A stretch of 64,000 nucleotides of DNA from Pseudomonadota bacterium (lineage in GTDB: Bacteria > Pseudomonadota > Gammaproteobacteria > Burkholderiales > Thiobacillaceae). Where the stretch lies: positions 591 through 64,590 of the forward strand of contig JAUXXW010000201.1 of NCBI GenBank assembly GCA_030684775.1, read 5' to 3'. This document shows positions 30,091 through 40,513 of this stretch, piece after piece. How positions within the stretch are numbered: the stretch's first letter is position 1; every line of letters begins with the position of its first letter. The position numbers were made by a program, and so were the translations under genes. Under the pieces are notes generated by a model. That model was not told where the DNA came from. It did no database searches and saw only the letters and a program-made list of their open reading frames with translations.

Positions 30091-31227
30091 ATGTCTGATT
30101 TTTCACTGGAGCAACTGCTGGGCGGCATCTCGCCGGAAGCATTTCTGGCCGAATACTGGCAGAAAAAGCCACTCCTGGTGCGCCAGGCGCTGCCCGGCTT
30201 CGGTGACTGGCTGGATCGCGCCAGCCTGTCCGACCTGGCGCTTCGCGACGACGCGGAGAGCCGCCTGGTGCGCTTCACGCGTGGCCAGTGCCTGCTCGAT
30301 CACGGGCCGTTCGAGGCAGATGACCTCGCGGGTCTGCCGAAGAAGAACTGGAGCCTGTTGGTTTCCGGGGTGAATCACTTCCTGCCGGAGGGCGACGCGC
30401 TGCTGCACGCCTTTGATTTCATACCCCTCGCCCGCCTGGATGACCTGATGGTCAGCTTTGCCCCCACCGGCGGCGGTGTCGGGCCGCATTTCGATTCCTA
30501 CGATGTGTTCCTGATCCAGGGCCAGGGGCGTCGCCGCTGGGAAATCAGCGCCCAGGACGATCTGGAAATCATGGATGGCGCGCCGCTGCGCATACTCAAA
30601 CGCTTCCATGCCGAACAATCCTGGGAGCTGGAACCCGGCGACATGCTCTACCTGCCGCCGCAATACGCCCATAACGGCGTGGCGCTCAACGATTGCATGA
30701 CCTGGTCCGTCGGCTTCCGGGTGCCGACCGCCGAGGACATGGTCGGCAACTTCCTCAACTACTTGCACGACAATTTGAAACCGGCCGGGCTATACAGCGA
30801 CCCCGACCTGAAGCGCCAGCGCCACCCGGCGGAGATTCCCGCCACCATGCTGGACCAGGTGGCGACCATGCTGAAAGCGATCCGCTGGGACAAGAGCCTG
30901 GTCGAGGATTTCCTGGGCGGTTACCTCTCGGAACCCAAATCACACATCTTCTTCGACCCGCCCGATCGCCCTCTGAAAACAGCGGCCTTCGCCAAAACCG
31001 TGGCCAAACAGGGCCTGCGACTCGACCCACGCAGCCAGCTCCTGTTTCGCGGACATACCTTCTATATGAATGGAGAGCGGGTGGCTGCCTCGCCGGAAGC
31101 TCTGGCCACTCTGCAAAGCCTGGCCGACCATCGCCGACTACCGCCCACCGCGCTCGTGGAGCCGGTGTTGCCGATACTGCTGGAGTGGTACGGCGCGGGT
31201 TACCTGTTGCTTGGCACAGCCCGCTGA
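30091..31227 (+). CDS. roxA: Cupin/JmjC ribosomal oxygenase (RoxA/YcfD-like)
   Basis: FLAEYWQKKPLLVRQALPGF and GGVGPHFDSYDVFLIQGQGRRRWEI (HxD iron site) resemble E. coli YcfD. 378 aa. Confidence 0.75.
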   Translation: MSDFSLEQLLGGISPEAFLAEYWQKKPLLVRQALPGFGDWLDRASLSDLALRDDAESRLVRFTRGQCLLDHGPFEADDLAGLPKKNWSLLVSGVNHFLPEGDALLHAFDFIPLARLDDLMVSFAPTGGGVGPHFDSYDVFLIQGQGRRRWEISAQDDLEIMDGAPLRILKRFHAEQSWELEPGDMLYLPPQYAHNGVALNDCMTWSVGFRVPTAEDMVGNFLNYLHDNLKPAGLYSDPDLKRQRHPAEIPATMLDQVATMLKAIRWDKSLVEDFLGGYLSEPKSHIFFDPPDRPLKTAAFAKTVAKQGLRLDPRSQLLFRGHTFYMNGERVAASPEALATLQSLADHRRLPPTALVEPVLPILLEWYGAGYLLLGTAR

Positions 31228-31282
31228 TCTCGGTGCACGGTGGCGGGAGAATATATTTGTGAACAAACCCGCACATAACTCT

Positions 31283-31311
31283 CCGCCCCTCTGGCGGCTT
31301 GAGTTTTTTTT
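31283..31311 (+). terminator. Possible weak intrinsic terminator after roxA
   Basis: A short stem ccgcc/ggcgg is followed by a run of 8 T (gagttttttttg). The stem is only 5 bp. Confidence 0.35.
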
Positions 31312-31398
31312 GCTAGAATCCGCGCGATCAGTTGGGGGCGCAAGCTTCCCGGTTGATTAACTCTCCGTTGACCCTCTTTGTTTATTAGGAAACTCAAA

Positions 31399-31611
31399 AT
31401 GAAATATTCCGTCCTGCTCGCCGCCCTGCTCGCCTTTTCCCTGACCGCCTGTGGCAAGAAAGAAGAAGTCCCGGCTCCCGCTCCTGAAGCTGCCGCTCCC
31501 GCTCCCGAGATGGCTGCTCCCATGCCCGCTCCCGAGATGGCCGCTCCCGCCGACGCTGCTGCTCCCGCCGACGCTGCCGCACCCGCCGCTCCCGCTGCAC
31601 CCGCCAATTAA
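31399..31611 (+). CDS. Small Ala/Pro-rich lipoprotein
   Basis: MKYSVLLAALLAFSLTAC (lipobox), then APAPEAAAPAPEMAAPMPAPEMAAPADAAAPADAAAPAAPAAPAN. SD AGGAAA. A strong terminator follows. Confidence 0.6.
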   Translation: MKYSVLLAALLAFSLTACGKKEEVPAPAPEAAAPAPEMAAPMPAPEMAAPADAAAPADAAAPAAPAAPAN

Positions 31612-31628
31612 TTCGGCGCGCCAAGCAA

Positions 31629-31659
31629 GAAAAACCGGCCTTCGGGCCGGTTTTTTTTC
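31629..31659 (+). terminator. Rho-independent terminator
   Basis: aaaaaccggcc-ttcg-ggccggtttttttt: a GC stem with a tetraloop and a T8 run. The upstream A-run makes it potentially bidirectional. Confidence 0.8.
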
Positions 31660-31822
31660 GTCCGGCAATTGGTATCGACAGAGATGGCGGAAAGAAAACA
31701 CCCACCCACCTGCTTTGCCGTTTGTCTTATTTTCGACGGTTATGCCAGTTCTACCATCATCGACATACTGCGCACGCATCGAAAATCAAGGTATCCGGTT
31801 GATATATATAAGGAATTTAATT

Positions 31823-31838
31823 TGGCACGATAGATGCT
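31823..31838 (+). promoter_or_regulatory. Candidate sigma-54 (-24/-12) promoter of the PEP-CTERM gene
   Basis: TGGCACGatagaTGCT matches TGGCACG-N4-TTGCW with correct GG/GC spacing. It lies 34 nt upstream of ATG 31872, in an unusually AT-rich tract. Confidence 0.5.
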
Positions 31839-31871
31839 TAATGCTAACCAGACATCCAACTGGAGAACAGC

Positions 31872-32771
31872 ATGAGCAGCACCCTGATCCGAGCACTGGC
31901 CATCGCCGCCCTATTCACCACAGGCAGCGCCCAGGCTTTCGTCATCGATGGCAATCTGAACGATTGGGGCGTGAAGAACAATGGCACCGCCGCCGGCTTG
32001 GCGCCCGATGCCGGTGTGAAAGCTCACACGCTTGAAGACCAGCATGGCAGCAACTATCTCAATCCCGGCTATGGCAACCAGGCTTACGACGCCGAGGCGA
32101 TGTATGTGGCCTGGGACGCCAATCAACTCTATATCGGCATCATGACGGGCCATAGCCCGTTAACGCTGAACAAGCCATCCGCCAACAGCTACGGCGCCGG
32201 CGATATCGCCATCGATTTTGGCATCAACGGCCATTTCGACTACGGCATCGAACTACTCGGCGGCGCCACGACTACCCGCGGGCATGTTTATTCCGGAGTG
32301 AACTGGGCCGTTGGATTGTTCAGGAGCAATGGCTCCTGGACGGGTTACTACGATCCCGGCCTGGCGGCCAACCGAGCGCAGGCCGACTCGACTCACCCGA
32401 CCTCCATCCTGAGTGGTACCGATATCGGCACGGGCACGGTGGCGTACACAACGGTCGGACAGGCCAACTACGGTGCCTGGCCGGGCGACCTGCATTACTT
32501 CTACGAAGTTTCCGTTCCCCTTTCCTTGTTCGGCGCGGACTGGGCCAGCGGCGGCAACTTCCGTGTGCATTGGTCGCAGAACTGCGCCAACGACAGCATC
32601 TGGGTGGATGCCACAGCCACGCGCCTGAGTATGGATACCATCGGAACAGTACCGGAACCGGGTACGCTTGCCTTGCTGCCGCTAGGCATGCTTGGTTTGA
32701 TGGCACTGCGCAGGAACAAGCCTTCCACATCCAGACAACACGCTCCCACCACAGCCGCCGATCTGGCGTGA
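31872..32771 (+). CDS. PEP-CTERM sorting domain-containing secreted protein
   Basis: Signal peptide MSSTLIRALAIAALFTTGSAQA. C-terminus VPEPGTLALLPLGMLGLMALRRNK (PEP motif, TM segment, basic cluster). Confidence 0.8.
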   Translation: MSSTLIRALAIAALFTTGSAQAFVIDGNLNDWGVKNNGTAAGLAPDAGVKAHTLEDQHGSNYLNPGYGNQAYDAEAMYVAWDANQLYIGIMTGHSPLTLNKPSANSYGAGDIAIDFGINGHFDYGIELLGGATTTRGHVYSGVNWAVGLFRSNGSWTGYYDPGLAANRAQADSTHPTSILSGTDIGTGTVAYTTVGQANYGAWPGDLHYFYEVSVPLSLFGADWASGGNFRVHWSQNCANDSIWVDATATRLSMDTIGTVPEPGTLALLPLGMLGLMALRRNKPSTSRQHAPTTAADLA

Positions 32772-32778
32772 TCGCCTG

Positions 32779-32998
32779 GCCGCCTGTCGGACTTTGGACT
32801 CGTCGGCCGCAAAACGAACGCAGCGGCCCATTTGCCGCCATCTTCTCGCGCGCGCAAGGGGTACGCCAGATTCGTAATATCACTGAAGCGACAACGACTC
32901 CGCGGCCCCATAGTTCGACCATGAGGCCTCGAATCCGGCAATAACTGGACTCGCCGGGGCCGCTTCTCGCTATCGACGACCAAAGCCCGACAAGTAGC
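32779..32998. mobile_element. MITE-like element H, copy 2 (inverse orientation, with a nested ~60-bp module)
   Basis: Its reverse complement aligns end to end with 28854-29016, apart from an extra internal block 32847-32905. That block is itself similar to 38257-38310. Confidence 0.75.
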
Positions 32999-33061
32999 CG
33001 GGCCGGATTGGCGGTCGAGTAACGCAGGTTGAGCAGAGCGGAGCGCGCCCAACCTAACCCA

Positions 33062-33862
33062 CTACTCCTGTTGAGACTCGGCCCGTGGTCGTTTAAGCAG
33101 ACGCCGATGTGCCCAGATCACGTAGCCGGACAAACCGTAGGCGACCAGCAGCAGTAGGAGAACGATAGGGGGGTCGATGGCGACCAGCGATATCGACAGC
33201 GCGATCAGGACGATGACGATGAACGGCACACTGCGCTTGAGGTTGATGTCCTTGCCGCTGTAGTAGCGCAGGTTGGTCACCATGCTGATGCCGGCGAACA
33301 GGGTCAGGCCCCAGGCCAGCCAGCTTATGTCGGGACCGCTGACACGGTTATCCACCATGACCCAGACCAGGCCGGCCACCAGGGTGGCCGCCGCCGGACT
33401 GGGCAAGCCCTGGAACCAGCCCTTGTCTTGTACCGCGTGCATGGTATTGAAGCGCGCCAGGCGCAGCGCGGCGGCGGCGCAATAGACGAAGGCGGCGATC
33501 CAGCCCAGTTTGCCCATACCCTTCAGCGCGAAGCTGTACATGACCAGGGCGGGCGCCACGCCGAAGGAAACCATGTCGGAAAGCGAGTCGTATTCGGCGC
33601 CGAATTCGCTCTGGGTATTGGTCATGCGGGCGACCCGGCCATCCAGACCGTCCAAAATCATGGCGACGAAGATGGCGATGGCGGCCTGTTCGAAGCGTCC
33701 ATTCATGGCCTGGACGATGGAATAAAAACCGGCGAACAGGGCGCCGGTGGTGAACAGGTTGGGTAGCAGGTAGATGCCGCGTCGACGTGGCTTGGTGGTG
33801 ATCTCTTCGTCGGGGGTTTCCGGCTCCTGAACGGAGCCGGTGTCGCGCTCATCCATATTCAA
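33062..33862 (-). CDS. pssA: CDP-diacylglycerol--serine O-phosphatidyltransferase
   Basis: CDP-alcohol phosphatidyltransferase motif [28 protein letters not shown], with multiple TM segments. Confidence 0.9.
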   Translation of the reverse strand: MNMDERDTGSVQEPETPDEEITTKPRRRGIYLLPNLFTTGALFAGFYSIVQAMNGRFEQAAIAIFVAMILDGLDGRVARMTNTQSEFGAEYDSLSDMVSFGVAPALVMYSFALKGMGKLGWIAAFVYCAAAALRLARFNTMHAVQDKGWFQGLPSPAAATLVAGLVWVMVDNRVSGPDISWLAWGLTLFAGISMVTNLRYYSGKDINLKRSVPFIVIVLIALSISLVAIDPPIVLLLLLVAYGLSGYVIWAHRRLLKRPRAESQQE

Positions 33863-34518
33863 AGTTGCGCCAGAACATCGCGGGACGCCTTCACCTTGTC
33901 ACCCAGCGCGACCAGCGGCCGCGCGTCGGTGGGCAGGTAGACATCCACACGGGAACCGAAGCGGATGAAACCGTAACGCTCACCACGTCGCAGCTTGGCG
34001 CCCGGCTCGACGTAACACAGGATGCGCCGAGCGATGAGCCCGGCCACTTGGACGCTGGTCACATCCTTGCCCTCCGTGGTCTTGAACCACACGGCGTTAC
34101 GTTCGTTTTCCGTGGAGGCCTTGGCGAGGTCGGCGTTGATGAACTTGCCGGGGTTGTACCAGGTTTCCATGACCTCGCCATCCACCGGCGCGCGGTTGGA
34201 GTGGACGTTGAATACGTTCATGAACACGCTGATCTTGAGTGCGCGGCGATTCAGCCAGGGGTCATCGGTTTCTTCCACCGCGACGATGCGGCCATCGGCC
34301 GGCGACAGCACCAGACCTTCACCCGCCGGCGCGTGTCGCGACGGATCGCGAAAGAACTGCAATACGAAAACCGTCAGCAGCCAGAAAGGGGAGGCCCAGA
34401 GCCAGCCGGCACCCGCCGTGGTCACCATGGCGAGGACGGCGAAGATCACCAGGAAAGGACGCCCCTCGCGGGCGAAGAGGGGATGCGGCCAGGGGGCCTT
34501 GGGGGGAGTAGTGCTCAT
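33859..34518 (-). CDS. psd: Phosphatidylserine decarboxylase family protein (short form)
   Basis: 219 aa with two N-terminal TM segments and ...[18 protein letters not shown] (self-cleavage G-S site). Translationally coupled to pssA. Confidence 0.85.
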   Translation of the reverse strand: MSTTPPKAPWPHPLFAREGRPFLVIFAVLAMVTTAGAGWLWASPFWLLTVFVLQFFRDPSRHAPAGEGLVLSPADGRIVAVEETDDPWLNRRALKISVFMNVFNVHSNRAPVDGEVMETWYNPGKFINADLAKASTENERNAVWFKTTEGKDVTSVQVAGLIARRILCYVEPGAKLRRGERYGFIRFGSRVDVYLPTDARPLVALGDKVKASRDVLAQL

Positions 34519-34544
34519 GGGGGGGAGTTGGCGGTAGGAGGTCT

Positions 34545-34622
34545 GTAGGTCGGGTTAGGCGCAGCCGTAACCCGACATTCGGCGGCGAGTCGTCGGGTTA
34601 CGCTATCGCTAACCCGACCTAC
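34545..34622. repeat. REP doublet, family A
   Basis: gtaggtcgggttaggcgcagccgtaacccgac...gtcgggttacgctatcgctaacccgacctac, between ilvC and psd. Confidence 0.8.
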
Positions 34623-34641
34623 GCACTCGCTACTCGCCAAA

Positions 34642-36238
<1,597 letters not shown>

Positions 36239-36240
36239 CG

Positions 36241-36404
36241 CTTAGGGCCTGTTCATGGATGACTTGGGCAATTATGGGTGTGCTGGCGGGATGCGATGCA
36301 AGGCGCCGGGCGCGCGGCATGGCCACTCCCTGCAAGCGGCCGGCAACACCGCAACGCGCCCACCAGTGCGGCCAGAATGTTCGAGTCATTCATGAACAGG
36401 CCCA
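36241..36404. mobile_element. MITE-like element F, copy 1, filling the whole ilvI-ilvH intergenic gap
   Basis: The TIRs are gggcctgttcatg (36245-36257) and catgaacaggccc (36391-36403). The internal sequence aligns with the reverse complement of 54764-54930. Confidence 0.8.
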
Positions 36405-38114
36405 TCACACCAGGATCATTTCAGATAGCCCTTTACCGGCGGGAATCATGGGGAAGACGTTTTCGCGCGGGTCGGTCAGGAAATTGATGAACACCAGGCG
36501 GTCCTTGTATTTACCGAAGGCGTCACGCAGAGCCGGTTCCACGTCCTCGGGCTTCTCGACGGTGATGCCGACGTGGCCATAGGCCTCGGCCAGCTTCACG
36601 AAATCGGGCAGCGAAGTCATGTAGGACTCGGCATAGCGTTCCTCGTAGAAGAACTCCTGCCACTGCCGCACCATGCCGAGATAGCCGTTGTTGAGCAGGA
36701 TCACCTTGATCGGCAGCTTCCATTCCTTGCAGGTGGACAGCTCCTGGATGTTCATCTGGATGCTGCCCTCGCCGGTGACGCAGGCGACCGGCGCATCGGG
36801 AAAGGCCATCTGCACACCCATTGCGGCGGGCAGGCCGAAACCCATGGTGCCGAGGCCGCCGGAGTTGATCCAGCGGCGCGGTTGGTCGAACGGGTAATAC
36901 TGCGCCGCCCACATCTGGTGCTGGCCGACGTCGGAAGTCACATAGGCCTGGCCGCCGGTCACCTCGTACAACTTTTCAATGACATATTGCGGCTTGATCT
37001 TGGCCGAGGTGTGGTCGTACTTCATGCAGTCCTGGGCACGCCAGAGTTCGATCTGAGTCCACCAGGCCTTGAGCGCGCTTTGCTCGGGTTGCTCTTTGCC
37101 GGCATGGAGTTGTTTGAGCATCTCGTCGACCACCTGGGCCACCTCGCCGACGATGGGCACATCCACCCTGACGCGCTTGGAAATGGACGAAGGGTCGACA
37201 TCGATATGGATGATGCGGCGTGCTTCCTTGGCGAAATGCTTGGGGTTACCGATCACACGGTCGTCAAAACGCGCACCCACGGCGAGCAACACATCGCAAT
37301 GCTGCATGGCCATATTGGCCTCGATGGTGCCATGCATGCCCAACATGCCGAGGAACAAGGGATCGGGCGCTGGATAGCCACCCAACCCCATCAGGGTGCT
37401 GGTGATGGGAGATCCGAGCAGGCGCACCAGTTCGGTGACCTGTGGCGCGGCATTGCCCAGCACCACACCGCCACCGGTGTAGATCATCGGCCGCTTGGCT
37501 TCCAGCAACATCTGCACAGCCTTCTTGATCTGGCCGGCGTGCCCCTTGCTGGTGGGGTTGTAAGAACGCATGGAAACGCTCTTGGGGTATTCGTAGACGC
37601 AACTGTGCTGGGTGATGTCTTTGGGAACGTCCACCAGAACCGGGCCGGGACGGCCGGTCGCCGCGATGAAGAAGGCTTTCTTGATGGTGCTCGCCAGGTC
37701 GCGCACGTCCTTGACCAGGAAGTTGTGCTTCACGCAGGGGCGGGTAATGCCCACGGTGTCGACTTCCTGGAAAGCATCCTGGCCGATGGCGGCGGTCGGC
37801 ACCTGGCCGGAAATCACCACCATCGGAATGGAATCCATGTAGGCGGTGGCGATGCCGGTCACCGCATTGGTGGCGCCCGGCCCGGAGGTCACGATCGCGA
37901 CACCGACCTGCCCGGTCGCGCGCGCATAGGCATCCGCCGCGTGCACGGCCGCCTGCTCATGACGCACCAGGATGTGCTCGAAAGCGGTCTGCTTGTAGAT
38001 TTCGTCGTAGATATTGAGAACGGCGCCGCCGGGGTAACCGAAGACATGCTTGATGCCTTCATCCCGCAAACAGCTGACGACGATCTCTGCACCGGTCAAT
38101 TCCATGTCCGCCAT
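36405..38114 (-). CDS. ilvI: Acetolactate synthase large (catalytic) subunit
   Basis: MADMELTGAEIVVSCLRDEGIKHVFGYPGGAVLNIYD... with a ThDP motif ...GGLGTMGFGLPAAMG, 569 aa. The ORF track start (38240, GTG) extends into a repeat region. Confidence 0.9.
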   Translation of the reverse strand: MADMELTGAEIVVSCLRDEGIKHVFGYPGGAVLNIYDEIYKQTAFEHILVRHEQAAVHAADAYARATGQVGVAIVTSGPGATNAVTGIATAYMDSIPMVVISGQVPTAAIGQDAFQEVDTVGITRPCVKHNFLVKDVRDLASTIKKAFFIAATGRPGPVLVDVPKDITQHSCVYEYPKSVSMRSYNPTSKGHAGQIKKAVQMLLEAKRPMIYTGGGVVLGNAAPQVTELVRLLGSPITSTLMGLGGYPAPDPLFLGMLGMHGTIEANMAMQHCDVLLAVGARFDDRVIGNPKHFAKEARRIIHIDVDPSSISKRVRVDVPIVGEVAQVVDEMLKQLHAGKEQPEQSALKAWWTQIELWRAQDCMKYDHTSAKIKPQYVIEKLYEVTGGQAYVTSDVGQHQMWAAQYYPFDQPRRWINSGGLGTMGFGLPAAMGVQMAFPDAPVACVTGEGSIQMNIQELSTCKEWKLPIKVILLNNGYLGMVRQWQEFFYEERYAESYMTSLPDFVKLAEAYGHVGITVEKPEDVEPALRDAFGKYKDRLVFINFLTDPRENVFPMIPAGKGLSEMILV

Positions 38115-38256
38115 GGCGAGGGTTTCTTGATCTTTTGAAAGGGGTTGAACACTAGCGATTGCATCCCATCCGGTCAAGCCGGAGGAGCGGCGCGTGGTTG
38201 TTGCCGCCGGAAGCTCGGCGGCTTTACAACCACGACCCACCCCTTGCGGGTGCAGC

Positions 38257-38310
38257 GGAGTCGTTGCCGCTTTAGCGGCTTACGAATCCGGCGTACCCCT
38301 TGCGGGTGCT
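38257..38310. repeat. ~55-bp repeat module shared with the nested block of MITE H copy 2
   Basis: ggagtcgttgccgctttagcggcttacgaatccggcgtaccccttgcgggtgc compared with the reverse complement of 32847-32905, ggagtcgttgtcgcttcagtgatattacgaatctggcgtaccccttgcgcgcgc. Confidence 0.65.
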
Positions 38311-38318
38311 ACGCGAGA

Positions 38319-38354
38319 CACAAACAAAAAGGGGTTTGGCCTGCGCCAAACCCC
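38319..38354 (-). terminator. Rho-independent terminator after the tRNA-Lys genes
   Basis: The minus strand reads ggggtttggc-gcag-gccaaacccc, followed by tttttgtttgtg. Confidence 0.7.
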
Positions 38355-38360
38355 TTGTCT

Positions 38361-38436
38361 TGGTGGGCTGTGAGTGGCTCGAACACTCGACCTACGGATT
38401 AAGAGTCCGCTGCTCTACCAACTGAGCTAACAACCC
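38361..38436 (-). tRNA. tRNA-Lys (anticodon CUU)
   Basis: Manual fold. Acceptor stem GGGTTGT/ACAGCCC (one G-U pair), D arm GCTC-AGTTGGTA-GAGC, anticodon loop CT-CTT-AA, T arm GAGTG-TTCGAGC-CACTC, encoded CCA. Confidence 0.9.
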
Positions 38437-38452
38437 CAACTACTGCATATTC

Positions 38453-38528
38453 TGGTGGGTCGGGTGGGATTCGAACCCACGACCAACGGATTAAAAGTCC
38501 GCTGCTCTACCAACTGAGCTACCGACCC
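38453..38528 (-). tRNA. tRNA-Lys (anticodon UUU)
   Basis: Manual fold. Acceptor stem GGGTCGG/CCGACCC, anticodon loop CT-TTT-AA, T arm GTGGG-TTCGAAT-CCCAC, encoded CCA. Confidence 0.9.
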
Positions 38529-38550
38529 CGGAAAAGCCCGCGATTATTCA

Positions 38551-38590
38551 GAAAAAGCGGCCTCTGGTCAACCGGGGAGACCGCCTTTTT
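38551..38590. terminator. Possible bidirectional terminator between the thioredoxin-like gene and the tRNAs
   Basis: gaaaaa-gcggcctc...gagaccgc-cttttt: a 7/8-bp stem flanked by an A-run and a T-run. Confidence 0.45.
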
Positions 38591-38597
38591 AAGCCAT

Positions 38598-39155
38598 TCA
38601 ACGGCCGCCGCCCTTTCTGGGAGCGGAAGTGGACTTGCCGTCGGAGTATTGAGGGTTCTTTTTCTTGTACTCGTCCATGAAGGCGATGATGCGATTCATG
38701 CGAACCTGACCGGGGATGAACATGACGATTTCGCCGTTGGGATCGTAGATATATGAAGTTGGATAGAAATCCACCGGGCCGACCTGGCGGAACGGGCTAT
38801 CGGGGTTGCGCCGCGCGCCTCCCGCGACCACCGCGTGAAAATCAATGTTGTGGCGGCTCGCGGTTTCACGCACCACATTCTCATCGGGACCGTAATCCAG
38901 GCCGACACCAATCACCACGAAATCGTTGCGCTTGTTGAGTTCATTCAATGTGGGCACTTCGACCCAGCACAGCGGGCACCAGGGCGCCCAGAAATTGACC
39001 AGTACCCACTTGCCCTTGAAGTCCGACAACTGAATGGCCTTGCCGCTGATATCGGTGAACTGGAAGTTGATCGCCTTGACCGGCTCGTCCGCCGCGCGCG
39101 CGGTGGACACCAAAGCCGCAACGGCAATCAGCAACATACCCAGTATTTTTTTCAT
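38598..39155 (-). CDS. Periplasmic thiol:disulfide oxidoreductase, TlpA/redoxin family
   Basis: Signal peptide MKKILGMLLIAVAALVSTARA. Active site WAPWCPLC. Confidence 0.8.
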   Translation of the reverse strand: MKKILGMLLIAVAALVSTARAADEPVKAINFQFTDISGKAIQLSDFKGKWVLVNFWAPWCPLCWVEVPTLNELNKRNDFVVIGVGLDYGPDENVVRETASRHNIDFHAVVAGGARRNPDSPFRQVGPVDFYPTSYIYDPNGEIVMFIPGQVRMNRIIAFMDEYKKKNPQYSDGKSTSAPRKGGGR

Positions 39156-39243
39156 CGGTTGGATCCTTATCTCACACCGCTTCGCGCGGCCACGCGAAGC
39201 ATTATCGGCCCGGCATCCTAATATCTTGAACGGTTCATGGGTA

Positions 39244-40350
39244 TCAGGCCGAGCGCATGAGCAGAAAATACTGCACTTTCATTGTCACGGCCGCACCGAT
39301 GACGATGCCGAAAAAGACGATGAAAGAACTGAGCGCGAGCGTGGAAACGCCAGTCACCGCCTGGCCGATCGTGCAACCCGCGGCCGTGACGCCGCCGAAT
39401 CCCATGAGTACCGCGCCGACGATATGCCGGAACATGTCCTGCGGAGAATTGAAGTACTCCCAACGAAACGTGCGGTTGAATACCGAGTAGACGAAGGAGC
39501 CGATCACCACCCCGAATACGCTGGCAATGCCGAAGGTGACACTCTTGTCGCGCCAGTAGGCCCACAGATCCATGGTGTAGGCCAGCGGCCCCACGAAAGT
39601 CATGGACTCGGCCAGCTTGGAATCTGTGCCGAGGTAGGTTTTCTCCATGAACTCGTTTTCCGCATAGCCTATATGGCCGGTGACATACCAGCCGGCCACC
39701 ACCACCAGGCCGACCACCAGACCGGCGAGCAGGTTGTCATGGTTTTCCCGGAACTCCTTGTTTATGAAAACGAAAACGAGGATGGCGAGGGAAACGGCAA
39801 GCGCGAACATGAGCGGCACCGCCTTGTCGGCCATGCCGAGCAGACTGGGCAAGGTTTGCAGGCCATCGAAACGCACGGTGAAGACATCGGCGCGCAACAC
39901 CTTGTCCACAACCACTCGCAAGATGCCGTTCATGGTCACCAGCGCGGCGTAGCCGAGGAACAGGAACACCACGACCGATTTCAGGTTGCCGCCACCCAGT
40001 CGCACCAGGGTGCGCTGGCCGCAACCGCCGGCCAGGGTCATGCCGATACCGAAGGTCAGGCCACCGACCAGGGCGCCCATCCAGTACACCGTGCCGCGTG
40101 TGTAATAGGTCTGCCCGAGATCGAGATAACCGAAGTAAACCAGCAGGTTGGTGCCCAGGATGGCGACGGCGATGCCCAGCAACCAAGCCCGCATTCGCCC
40201 CCATTCGCTCATGTTCACCACATCCGACACCGCTCCCATGGTGCAGAAACTGGTTTTGTTGGCGACATATCCAAATATGAAAGCCAGGATGAACCCCATC
40301 CACGCCACCATTTGCGCCAGATTTTGTGTGTTTTCCATCGTATCCATCAT
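39244..40350 (-). CDS. YeeE/YedE family sulfur-compound (thiosulfate-type) transporter
   Basis: 368 aa, polytopic. Conserved Cys motifs FCTMGA, AGGCGQR and AAGCTIGQ. Confidence 0.85.
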   Translation of the reverse strand: MMDTMENTQNLAQMVAWMGFILAFIFGYVANKTSFCTMGAVSDVVNMSEWGRMRAWLLGIAVAILGTNLLVYFGYLDLGQTYYTRGTVYWMGALVGGLTFGIGMTLAGGCGQRTLVRLGGGNLKSVVVFLFLGYAALVTMNGILRVVVDKVLRADVFTVRFDGLQTLPSLLGMADKAVPLMFALAVSLAILVFVFINKEFRENHDNLLAGLVVGLVVVAGWYVTGHIGYAENEFMEKTYLGTDSKLAESMTFVGPLAYTMDLWAYWRDKSVTFGIASVFGVVIGSFVYSVFNRTFRWEYFNSPQDMFRHIVGAVLMGFGGVTAAGCTIGQAVTGVSTLALSSFIVFFGIVIGAAVTMKVQYFLLMRSA

Positions 40351-40513
40351 GTCTCCTCAGTCATTTGGATGTAACAAAACCGCCTGGATTATAGGGGCAA
40401 GGCCCTTCCGGTAATTTGCTTTGACTCACAAGAAACACGTCAGGCCGCCCAGGTATTTCTTGGCCCGCCCGCGCGGGAGGGAGAAGGCGGTACGGCGGCG
40501 TTCTCGGCGGGAC

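Noticed and set aside
31299-31319. Sigma-70 promoter TTGAGT ... TAGAAT upstream of the small lipoprotein gene
   Set aside because: The spacer between the hexamers is only 9 nt. An extended -10 (TGcTAGAAT) remains possible, but I cannot support it well enough to list it as a feature.
38115-38330. Possible ilv leader peptide/attenuator upstream of ilvI
   Set aside because: I found no short ORF enriched in Val/Leu/Ile codons, and no terminator-type hairpin with a U-tract. The structure present is explained by repeat modules.
36573-40374. Plus-strand ORFs 36573..38138 and 39034..40374
   Set aside because: They are antisense to ilvI and to the YeeE/YedE transporter gene respectively. They are shadow ORFs.
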